Source: a virus
Taxonomy: Duplodnaviria; Caudoviricetes
Strand: one strand, 5' to 3'
Virus record (IMG/VR): IMGVR_UViG_3300012953_000109
Span: 1 to 32,454 of that record
DNA: 32,454 nt
Positions 19,084-29,400 of this stretch are shown one piece after another. The first letter of the stretch is position 1. Each line of letters opens with the position of its first letter. Under the pieces are notes generated by a model that saw only the letters and a list, made by a program, of their open reading frames with translations, had not been told where the DNA came from and did not search any database. The translations under genes and the position numbers were made by a program.

Positions 19084-19956
19084 ATGCCTACTTATACACC
19101 CATAACAGAAGAATTTAAAAGAACGATTACTTATAGTGAGGACTCGCAAGGGTTTCCGTCATTCTATTCTTACAATCCTGATTATATAATTGGTATGAAT
19201 CAGTTCTTGTATACATTTAAAAATGGAAATCTATATAGGCATAATACCAACAACACTAGGAATGAATATTATGGTGAGCAGTTTCCTGCTCAAATTGAAA
19301 GTGTATTCAATGACCAACCCTTAGAAAATAAAATATTCAAAACACTTAATTTAGAAGGTGATGATGCGTGGTCTGCTAAGTTTACATCAGACATACAGAT
19401 ATATGGAGAAATAGATGCTGATTACTTTGTTCAGAAAGAAGGAGCATGGTTTGCATTCTTAAGAAGTAACAGCCCCACAGGTGGTGTTGGTGCAACTGCA
19501 TCTATACCTGCAGGAGCAAATTTAAATTTAAGAAGCATAAATGGTATTGGTCAAAGTATAGATGTTGCACAAGGTGACCCGGCTAATATTGTAATAACAT
19601 TTAATATTGACAAACCCTTATCGAGTATATATACCTTAGGAGATTTTGTTTATTTAAAAGATGGAGCAACACCTCCTGTTTTTATTGGCACATTAGTGGA
19701 TGTTGTGTTTGATACCGTTGCATTTCCTAATTTAGCAGGTATAGTTGTAAATAGCACAAACGCAGGAACTTATCCTGCACCTCAACCAACAGCACCTTTA
19801 CCTATTCCGGGAGGATATTTCTTTACACTAAAGAATCCTGTCGCTGAATCACATGGTATACTCGGACATTATGGCATATTTCAATTAGAGATAGAAGCCA
19901 ATACGGCATCAGAGTTATTTGTCGTAGAATCTGAGGTCATGAAATCTTTTCCTTAA
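19084..19956 (+). CDS. Tail stabilisation/nozzle protein, separately encoded C-terminal part
   Basis: TITYSE...GFPSFYSYNPD...MNQFLYTFKNGNLYRHN...YYG, VFND.P...KIFKTLNLEG, FVQKEGAWF, GILGHY and ELFVVESEV..S match the recalled C-terminal end of stabilisation proteins. Confidence 0.65.
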   Translation: MPTYTPITEEFKRTITYSEDSQGFPSFYSYNPDYIIGMNQFLYTFKNGNLYRHNTNNTRNEYYGEQFPAQIESVFNDQPLENKIFKTLNLEGDDAWSAKFTSDIQIYGEIDADYFVQKEGAWFAFLRSNSPTGGVGATASIPAGANLNLRSINGIGQSIDVAQGDPANIVITFNIDKPLSSIYTLGDFVYLKDGATPPVFIGTLVDVVFDTVAFPNLAGIVVNSTNAGTYPAPQPTAPLPIPGGYFFTLKNPVAESHGILGHYGIFQLEIEANTASELFVVESEVMKSFP

Positions 19957-19962
19957 TTTTAG

Positions 19963-19970
19963 TATCTTTG
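19963..19970 (+). promoter_or_regulatory. Bacteroidota-type -7 promoter box (TATCTTTG)
   Basis: TAnnTTTG in the short gap before the cupin/ejection-protein block. Confidence 0.55.
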
Positions 19971-19978
19971 TGAATAAT

Positions 19979-20521
19979 ATGAGTATATTATCTTTGACTA
20001 AAAGAAAAAAAACTTATAGACCTGAACAGATTTTAAATGCAGTACATCATCACCGTGGTTTATTATGGGAAAAGATAGAAGCATTTAAATACTTAATAAG
20101 CTCTGTAGATGGAACGGCTACTCATAAGATAGGTGAGCCGCAAGAAAAGTTGATGAAAAAATATTACCCATTAAAACATCATTTTGAAGGTGGGTTATAT
20201 ACAAGAGAAATATTTATGCCTCAAGGGCATATATGTGTTTCTTTTATTCATAAACAACAACATCCTTCTTTTTTAGTCAAGGGTAAGCTTTCATACTTAA
20301 ATGATGAGGGTGAAGTAAAAAATATAGAAGCACCTCATACGGTTTTTACTCAGATAGGAACTCAAAGAGTGTTTTACATACATGAAGATACCACTTGGAT
20401 TTGTGTCTATAAAACCGATGCAGACAATGTGGAGGATGCAGAAAAAGAAATTTATGCAGATTCATTTGTTGAACTGCCAAAAGAAATTATAAATAAAGCT
20501 TTAGAATTATGTCAGGATTAG
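19979..20521 (+). CDS. Cupin-like (double-stranded beta-helix) protein
   Basis: LKHHFEGGLYTREIFMPQGHICVSFIHKQQHPSFLVKGKL...APHTVFTQIGTQRVFYIHEDTTWICVY fits a cupin pattern (HxxxH...G). ATG 19979 is preferred over GTG 19970, which overlaps the promoter box. Confidence 0.6.
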   Translation: MSILSLTKRKKTYRPEQILNAVHHHRGLLWEKIEAFKYLISSVDGTATHKIGEPQEKLMKKYYPLKHHFEGGLYTREIFMPQGHICVSFIHKQQHPSFLVKGKLSYLNDEGEVKNIEAPHTVFTQIGTQRVFYIHEDTTWICVYKTDADNVEDAEKEIYADSFVELPKEIINKALELCQD

Positions 20522-21519
20522 GAGCAGCCGGAATAGCGGCAATAGTAAGTGCAACAATAGGTGCTACCGGAGCAGGTCTTTCTTTTGCTCAAGCAGGTAA
20601 ATCCAAAAGAGCTGCAAGAGATGCTGAAAGCAAGGCAGCCGAAGCTATGCGTTTAGCAAGAAAAAGATTAGAGGTTAATTACTTAGATGAATTAGCTATA
20701 CAAAAAGAACCATATGAATTAGCTCGTGAAGCAGCACTTCAGCAAGGAGCAACAGCACTAGAAGCGGCAAGAGAGGGAGACCAAAGAGGTATCGCTGCTA
20801 CTGCCGGAAGATTAGAAGTTGCTCAAGATGCAGCACAAGGACAAATAAGGACTCAGATGGGTAAAGAGATGTCAAACCTAGATAAGTTAGTTGCTGAAGA
20901 AGATGCTAGGTTAAGAGATTTAAATGTTCAATTAGACTTAGGCGAGGTTCAAGGGTTTCAAGCTCAAGCTGCTAATCAAGAGAGATTAGGTAATCAAGCA
21001 ATGATGCAGGGATTTCAGGGGGCAGCCAATGCTTTGTCATCAGCCGCAGCCGTTATTCCTCTTTATTCTCAAAACCAAGCAGCTCAACAACAGGCTATTG
21101 GAGATACAGTTTATACGGCAGACCAAACACAAGCCTTGAAAGATAGTGGTACTGTTGATTTTACAATAAGAGAAGGAAAATTTTTACCCGGTATATTTGG
21201 GAAAAAAATGGAAAAGAGCATAGACCTTACTAATCAAGATTTAGTTGCAGGTTTAGATAGTCGTGCCTTTAGAAAATTAGATAGAAATTTAAGTAACACA
21301 CAAAAACAAAACTTGATGGGCTCTAATTTCTTACAAACATATAATCTTCAGCAAAACTTAGGAGTTGCTGACCCAAATAATCCTGCACAAACTGCAAACC
21401 AATTAAAAGTTCAACAAGCAAAAGCTTCAGGAGATAAGAGATTTATGAAAGATGATGGCAAAGGAAATATGATTCTTATGACTGATGATGAAATAAAAGC
21501 TGTTTTAGGAATAAATTAA
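20509..21519 (+). CDS. Putative internal virion/ejection protein
   Basis: Hydrophobic G/A-rich N-terminus (MSGLGAAGIAAIVSATIGATGAGLSF) followed by an A/Q-rich coiled coil, as in podovirus DNA-pilot/ejection proteins. Confidence 0.6.
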   Translation: MSGLGAAGIAAIVSATIGATGAGLSFAQAGKSKRAARDAESKAAEAMRLARKRLEVNYLDELAIQKEPYELAREAALQQGATALEAAREGDQRGIAATAGRLEVAQDAAQGQIRTQMGKEMSNLDKLVAEEDARLRDLNVQLDLGEVQGFQAQAANQERLGNQAMMQGFQGAANALSSAAAVIPLYSQNQAAQQQAIGDTVYTADQTQALKDSGTVDFTIREGKFLPGIFGKKMEKSIDLTNQDLVAGLDSRAFRKLDRNLSNTQKQNLMGSNFLQTYNLQQNLGVADPNNPAQTANQLKVQQAKASGDKRFMKDDGKGNMILMTDDEIKAVLGIN

Positions 21520-21520
21520 T

Positions 21521-23413
21521 ATGAGTGCAACTGAAGGATACGGATATGTAGATAGACAAGTAGACAGTCAAATAGATTGGTCAGCAGTCGCATCAGGCTT
21601 TACAGATACTCTACAAGCAGAAATTGCAGGAAGACAAGCAAAAAAGGACGAGCTTGACAAAGCAGCTCGTGAAATGCAAGAAAGACTTGCTAATGCCCCT
21701 TCAGGTACATATACTGAAGCAAATGAATTTGCTGCTCAATTTGCGGCTGATGGTTCTGCTGCTATGTTAGCAGCCAATCGTGCATTAAAAGCCGGTCTCT
21801 TACAACCTAGACAATACTCTTTGATAGCAGCCAACCTTAATGATTCAACCGACAAGGTGTACGGTATGGCTAAAAAATACGAAGAAGTGTATAAGCTTAA
21901 AATGGAAAGGCAAAAAAATGGTGAATCTCAAGCATATGAAGGTTGGGAGATGGACCAAATAGGAGGTCTTTATAATATTCAAAACACCAAAGCATTAGTT
22001 AATCAAAACAATGGTATGGTTTCTATTGGTCATTGGGAAGATGGAAAAATGGACGGAGACCCAAATCAATTTATGACTGTGAACCAAATGACTGCCGCAC
22101 TAAATTCTCAATATGATAATTTTGATTTACAAAAAGCTATCGGAGATGACAAGTCAAGACTTGGTATAATAGATTCACTAAAAATGCAGTATGGTGGAGA
22201 AGGAGATTTAGAATATTTAATAAAGACTAGGTCACAAGGCGGTAAGTATAGTGCAGATGATGAAGAAATAAAATTATACCAAGAGTGGAGAGATGAAACC
22301 ACAAAAAGATTTATGGTGAATGATTGGGATGTTGTTTCCGTTTTAACTGATGAAGGTTTAACAGTTAATGGTAAAGCATATACTTTTAGTAAAAACCCTG
22401 CAGACAAAGGCACAGAGGGCATAATATTTATTAACACCGAAAAATCAGCTAGAGGAAACCCTGAATTAACTGAGGCACAAAAGAAAGCAGCAGAAGAACA
22501 TATCAAAGGACAAATAGATGCTTCAATAAATAAAGAAATAACTACTTCAACAAGTAGAAGAGGTTTCAAACCACAAGACAAAGTGAACAGAGAGTCTTCA
22601 CAAAAAGCATTCACAGAGTTGGCAAAATTATATTATGATGACGATGCAGGTATTGAATCAACCCTTGGGTTTGTGAAAGACCTTAACAAAGATTCTAAAG
22701 ACCCCTCATTAGTTATAGACTATATAGATAGAACTACCAACGGTGTGAGAGTACAGTTTGCAGATGGAACAACAGAAACTGTTGACTTTGTAACAGGAAC
22801 AGGTCAGACGAAAAACATGAGAGAGTTTGTCACGGAACTTATTAATAAAGTTAAAATTACTGACAATGTTGGAGATGTATTAAACCAAGGGCTTAATATA
22901 CCAAGACTTAAAAATGAAACTGATGCAGAATTTAAAAAGAGAACATCACTAAACTTAGGTAAAGACACTAGAGGAAAAGGATTAGGAAGAACTAAAACAG
23001 TCAAGCAAAAAGGTGAGTCCCCTGCTCAAACTTATGAAAGAGCAGTTGTGGATACAGCTATTGCAGAATACAACCCTAACGAAATGGCTAATGATAGTGG
23101 CAATGTAGATGATAGGCTTACTAATTTATTAGTAGAACTAAGATTGCCCGGATATGCAGTAGATGGTGGAGAAATCAAAGACCCTGATGGTAAAGTAATT
23201 GCAACCTACGAAGATGATGATGCTGATTCTATAGCGGCAGCTCTTGATGCATTAAGCGATGAAAGTGTGAGTGTATTCGCAACACAAGATATCACAGACC
23301 AAGCCAACCAAACTAAAGGAATGGGACGAACTGAGAATATATTCTTCGGAGAAAGGTTTAATGAAGAGTTCAAAACAGACAATAACCCTGATGGAAGTTT
23401 TAGCAACTTTTAA
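21521..23413 (+). CDS. Putative internal virion/ejection protein (630 aa)
   Basis: Helical N-terminus (IDWSAVASGFTDTL...); lies between the small and giant ejection proteins. Confidence 0.55.
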   Translation: MSATEGYGYVDRQVDSQIDWSAVASGFTDTLQAEIAGRQAKKDELDKAAREMQERLANAPSGTYTEANEFAAQFAADGSAAMLAANRALKAGLLQPRQYSLIAANLNDSTDKVYGMAKKYEEVYKLKMERQKNGESQAYEGWEMDQIGGLYNIQNTKALVNQNNGMVSIGHWEDGKMDGDPNQFMTVNQMTAALNSQYDNFDLQKAIGDDKSRLGIIDSLKMQYGGEGDLEYLIKTRSQGGKYSADDEEIKLYQEWRDETTKRFMVNDWDVVSVLTDEGLTVNGKAYTFSKNPADKGTEGIIFINTEKSARGNPELTEAQKKAAEEHIKGQIDASINKEITTSTSRRGFKPQDKVNRESSQKAFTELAKLYYDDDAGIESTLGFVKDLNKDSKDPSLVIDYIDRTTNGVRVQFADGTTETVDFVTGTGQTKNMREFVTELINKVKITDNVGDVLNQGLNIPRLKNETDAEFKKRTSLNLGKDTRGKGLGRTKTVKQKGESPAQTYERAVVDTAIAEYNPNEMANDSGNVDDRLTNLLVELRLPGYAVDGGEIKDPDGKVIATYEDDDADSIAAALDALSDESVSVFATQDITDQANQTKGMGRTENIFFGERFNEEFKTDNNPDGSFSNF

Positions 23414-23426
23414 ATAAAGAAAAAGG

Positions 23427-26400
23427 ATGAATGAAGAAGCGTTTCAATTATTATATAATCACGCAGTTAGTCAGGGATATAGAAAGTCTCGTGAAGAATT
23501 TCTTGAGCTTCTTGGTTCCAATAAAGAGGCTTTTGATTTAAGTTTTCAATTTGCTACAGAAGAAGGGTATCAAAAAACCCCTGATGAATTTGCTAAGTTA
23601 TTAGGTGTAACTATACCACAGGAAGTCCCTGTAGTAGATAATACAATACAAAACCCACAACTACAACCGGAGTTAGTAGAGGTTGCTCAAGACAATACTC
23701 GTGTCAACCTTCCTCCAACATTATATCCTGAGATTCCCGGATACCAACAACCGGGATTACCTGATGATTTTCCTACTCCTGAAGAATTTCAACAAGCTCA
23801 ATTTCGAGATGCTGAAGAAAGATTAGCCGCAGAACAAAAAGCAAAAGAACAAGAGCTTGAAGAAAAATACACATCTGAACAAGCCAATATAGAAGTTGTT
23901 AAATCCCCTGATTTTCAAAGTGCTTTACTCAATACTAATGAAAGAATATTTGATGAGTCTATAGAGTCAGGTGTTGGCTTTTTAAATAATCAGTTTGAAG
24001 ATTATAATTTTATGTTTAAAGTAGATGAGGGATTTTTTGATGATGAAATAACTGTAATGGCAGAGAATGGAAACTCTTTGCAATTTGATACCGATGAATT
24101 AGAAGCGGCTAAAAACTTTATGAAAGAAAATGCCACTCCTAAAAAAGAAGAGACAGAAGTTACAGACGAACAATACACCGCATTGAAAGTAATGAATATG
24201 CGTAAAGGAGGTTTGTTAGACAATGGCAGAGTAGAGGCATATGGTTGGGAAACTAAACAAGAAGGAGGTAAAACCATAGTTTATCCCACTTTATTTCCCA
24301 AAAGCCCTGACTCTAATTACGGAACTAGAAGAGCATATTGGTTAAAACTTTCAGGCGATGAAGCTTTAGAAGAAGCTAAGAAAAGAAATGAGGTATATAC
24401 ATTTGATGACTCTGTGGAAGCTAGAGATTTTGTTAATGGTAGTTGGAAAGATGAAAACACTTTTGAATTATATAGTAGAGAATATTTTGACAAAAATGCT
24501 GATGGTATTGACTATAAGACTTACAAACAAAAGTTTGATGAGTACGAAAAAATCATGAATACTTTGGAATCATTTGAAGAACTAGGCGTAGAGTCAGGTT
24601 TAGATATAGAAGACGCTGAAGATAAGTTAGATGAAGAAAGCATTGAGCTACTAAAAGACAGCAACTACTTTGTTGACGGCAAACAAGTTCGTGTCACAAA
24701 AGATATTATTGAAGCACTTGAAAAAAAGGCTGAGGAGTTGAGTGTGGTTGTTCAAGATGAGGATTTAGTAAAAGTCAGAGAGGATATAGACTATAATTAC
24801 CATCAATATTGGCGTGACAAATCAGTAAGAGCTGCTAGAGAAAATCAAAATATGATTAAGGCTCAAGACGCATTACAAGTTGCATCATTAAATAAATATG
24901 GAGTAAGAGTAGAAAACTTAGGGGAACTAGATTTACAAAAACCTGAAGAAATAAATGACGCTAGAGCTTTGCAATTATCTTATGAAGCAGCAGCAGCAGA
25001 TAGACGAATGGCTGCTGACCAATTTGAGATTGCTAATATGTGGTATAATGACAAGTTTGATAAAAGTGTATACAGAGAATGGGAAGAAGGTTGGTCTGCA
25101 GTTACTAACGAATGGGATAAAGGTTGGGCTCGTGGAGAAGCTGCTGACATAATTCTACAAATGGGACTTGGTTTAGAAAACAAAGACAGTAAGGCAATGG
25201 CTATAGAGATTTCCAAAGCCCTTGCTGAATCTAAAAGAGGAGGTCAAGCTCGTGTATTAGATAGGTGGCAAAAAGCAAGAGGTGGTTTATTTGGTAGAGA
25301 AACCCTTCAAGTCCTTAAAGAAAACCCTCTTGATTTAGGTATGCAGTTTATGGCTTATAGTTTAAGTCAGATGTTACCATATGGAGCTGAACTATTAGCA
25401 ACCAATGTTGGTATTGGTACAACAACAGGAGCCACAATAGGAGCAGCAGGAGGCACAGTAGCTATACCGGGACTAGGAACCGGAGTTGGAGCTGTAGGTG
25501 GTGGAATAATAGGTGCTAAAAGTGGACTTGTTACCGGAGGTTATATGATTGGACACGCCATGGAGTTTACAAATGCTATCATTGATACGGCTGAAGCTTA
25601 TGGTTATGATATGACTAATCCTGATGATGTGACAAAAGCATTAGTCAATGAAGATGTGTGGGGTGAAGGTGCAGCTTTGGGACACAAGAGAGGTATTCCA
25701 ATTGGTATAGTGAATGCTTTGTCTTTTGGTTTAGCAGGTAATGTAATTAAAGTTGGAAGAACAGCAAGTGCGTTTAAAAAAGCCGGAGCATTCTTGGCAG
25801 AGAGGGTAACTTTTGACCCTGCCATGGAAGCCACAGGTGAGTTTTTAGCTCAGGTGGTTGCCGGTCAAGACATAGATGGTAAAGAGATATTTGCTGAAGG
25901 TTATGGAGGATTATTTAGTAATGCACCTGCAGCAGCATTCAGTGGTTTTGTAAACACTCTTAACAACAGAACTTCAAAGTTATCAAAAGACTTGTCTACA
26001 CCCAAAGGTATGCTTGATGAATCCTATAATGCTTCTGATGGCAGAATATATGATTGGACCAAGAGAATGGTGAAGTTGAAAAAAATAACACCTGAGCTTG
26101 GACAAAAAATAGAAATCCAATTAGGTAACAAGCAAACAGCAAAAGGACTTCTTAAGGGTGAAAAGATTAAAAATAAAAAAACAGCAACGCTAGAAATAAT
26201 GAAGTTGCTTGATGAAAAAAGCAAGTTAACAAACACACCGGAAAGAAAGAAAATATTTAAAACAAAAATAAAAGAGATTGATGCTCGTATAGCAGGTATT
26301 GCAGATGGTAGTATCAAAGTGGAACCTACCAAGAAAACAGCACCAACATATCTGATTGGTAAAGAAAATTTTGAAACCAAGGATAAGTTCATGGAAAGGA

Positions 26401-29400
26401 TAAATGCCTTGACTCCTGAAGAAATAAACACTACTGAAATATTCATTGGTAATGACAATAAAACTGCATTAGAGGTAAATGAAATCTTTAATGTAAAAAG
26501 AGATAGTGAAGTAGATGGAAAACCAAAAGAAACACCTACTGTGACTACTGAGACTACTGAGACTACTGAGAATCTAGAAGTTGGGGTTACACCTTTGTCA
26601 TTTACTCAGTCTAGTAAGACTAGCAATTTTACTTACGAAGAAAATATAACTGATGAAGCCAAGGCAGATGATGAACAGACCACGGGTGTAAAAAAAGTTA
26701 CTTTTGATTTTACAAAGGAAAACAAAAAAACAAAAAAGAAAAGGAAAGGAAAAGGAGCTGCTGTTCCTATAGAAGAAACAAGATTTAAAAACTTCAAAGA
26801 AGCTATTATAAAAAAAGAAAATTTAGAAGACTTTGATATTGAGGTTAAAGAAGTTAAAATTGTGCCTAAAACAACCAAGAGTGCAGCAGCAGGTAACACT
26901 ATATTCAAGTTAAAAATTAAAAAGAAATCTGATGGAAAAGGTGGGTTTGCTCCATCAACTGAAATAGATATTTTTATAACCCCTGAGGAGTTGGCAGAAG
27001 CGTCTGCAATTACTGAAGAAAATATTAGTCCTGAAGTAGAAAATGAACTCAACGCACTTGAAGAGTTGTTTAAAAACAATAATCCACAGTTTCAAGTCGT
27101 ATCTTCTAACACTCGTACTCAAAAAATAGCCGACTTAAAAGAGGAGGCAATGAGACAAATGGAGGCATTAGAAAATATTCAAGAAGAGACATTTGAATTG
27201 ACTGAACCTGATACCGATGTTACTGTAACCCCTATAGAAATAACTCAGAATACAGAACTAGCAAACAAGATACCAAGGATAAGTCTTGATGAGATTATAG
27301 GAAAGGAAGCTAATTTTTTAATGGCAGACCAATTAAAAGTAGATGAAAAAAACAACCTATTGGGAGGACCTTTTTTCCCCTTAACATCTAAAAATTTTGG
27401 TAAAGTAGCTTGGGCATCTATAGATAAAACTGCAGCTAATAAAATAATAGACGGGGCTGTTGACTCTGAAATATCTGTGGTATTTAATATGGGCGAAACA
27501 GCAATGGACTCTAATGTGGTTCTAACAAACTTAACCATAGATAAGATAATAGAAAACCCTAGGCTCAATAATGAAGAGATTATTGTAGAAATTAAAGATA
27601 GATTAGCTAGTATGGTAAATACTATAGTGGCAGTAGATAAAAAAAATAACAGACACATAAAAGGAAGACCTAAGTTTCTAGAGGATTTAAATAAAGTTAA
27701 TACACTTGAAGATTTAAAAAGATTCTTTGCGGAAGATATAACTAGCACAGAGGACAGAGCCAAAGCAATCAGGGAAGTGGTAGCGAGTAGAAAGCAGTCT
27801 ATGCCGGACACCCCTTCAAAGGTGAGAATGGAAACGGCAGGACTTTTTATAGAAGATATAAGAGCTGAAATTAGAGAGCAGTTTACAGATGAATTACCGG
27901 CAGGAGCTATGACTATGGTTGTTGAGGTACTAGACAAACAAGGAAATAAAGTTACTGAAGCTACTAAAGACCAAGCATTAATAGATAGAAAAGAACAAAA
28001 AGAACTAGGTCTCACACCTCATCCAAACTACCCATTTTTTATTAGAGGTAGGGCAGTCGGTTTGTTAGAAGAAACTGTGCCGGTTTATACTGTTGCTGAA
28101 CCTATACTTGATAAGATAGCAGCAAAAAATTTAAACAGAGTTTCAATGGATTCTGCAAAAGCAAGTGGTCTTAGGAGTTTAATGATGAGAGCATCAGAGA
28201 CTTTTGAAGTGATACCTCCTACATTTACCAAGTATCAAAAACTTTTAAATCTTTTGAGTCGTGCCTTTCCCGGAATAGAAGTTGTTTCAAGCCAAGAAGC
28301 GTTTAATGCTATGATGGAGAATGCTTATGCAAAAAAGCTTATAGTAAAAGGAATGATGAATCGAGATGGAGCCTCAGTTTACGGTGGTGTTGTTGATGGT
28401 AAGGTCTTTTTAAATCCCAAACATGATAGTATGAATGCTGCTATACATGAGTTCGGTCACATATGGTTAAACACAGCCAAAACTGCACGACCTGATTTAT
28501 ATAAAAAAGGGTTGGAACTTGTGTCAGATAGTCCGTATATGGATGAAATCAAGAATAATAAGGCTTACCAAAGAATTATTAAAGAGATGGAGAAGGAAGG
28601 TAGAAGTCAAGAAATGATAGACAACTACATAAAAGAAGAAGCATTGGCTACTGCTATAGGTGATAAGGGTGAGAGTTTTATACTAGCATCTAAAGAGAAG
28701 GGCTTTAAGGTTTGGCTTAAAAAATTATTCAATTACATAAAATCATTAATGGGATTGTCTAAGAGAACCAAGAAAGATATCACCAACATGACTATGGATG
28801 AGTTTGTGGAAGGAGTTGTTGTTGATTTACTTTCAGGTGAACCTGTGTTTGCAGAATTTGAAGCCAATAATTTAGAGAACTCATTTCAACTGATGGCTAA
28901 GATGGATGCTAAGAAATCAACTATGGCTAACATAATTATGACAGCACGACAGTTGGATATATCTGATGCTGCAATAAGGTTATATTTAAGAAAGCAAGGC
29001 TTCAAAGTTGTCGAAATAAACGAGGCAATGAAGGTAGATACAGACCTTTTTAGTAGTGTGCCTCAAATGTTTGGAAACATAAAAGGTGGTATGAGTGTGG
29101 GAATGCAGGTGTTCGGCAGAGTGATGGCTCAGGTTAAGAAATTTGCTAAGAAAAAAAATAGCACTCTTTCAGAAGTAAGAGCCAAAGCTCAGGAAATATT
29201 AAAACAACAACCTGAGTTTCAAGAACTCAATAAAACACTACAAGATGATTTACTTGTTGCCCTAGATAAACAGTTGGCTATTCAAAAAAATCTTGAGGTA
29301 GCCAATGACATCAAGAACATGAAGGAAAGAACAAGGCAACAAAAACTTGGGGCTAGACAATTAAGTGAGCTACAAAGGCAAATGAAAAGTTTTATATTTA

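Noticed and set aside
18122-19090. Readthrough, frameshift or intein rejoining the split nozzle parts
   Set aside because: There is a double TAA TAA stop at 18134-18139, each downstream ORF has its own ATG in a different frame, and I saw no slippery site or intein terminal motifs.
26829-26843. DFDIE, a near match to the crAss virion RNAP motif DFDID
   Set aside because: The third Asp is missing, the context is K/E-rich and linker-like, and no flanking RNAP motifs are recognisable.
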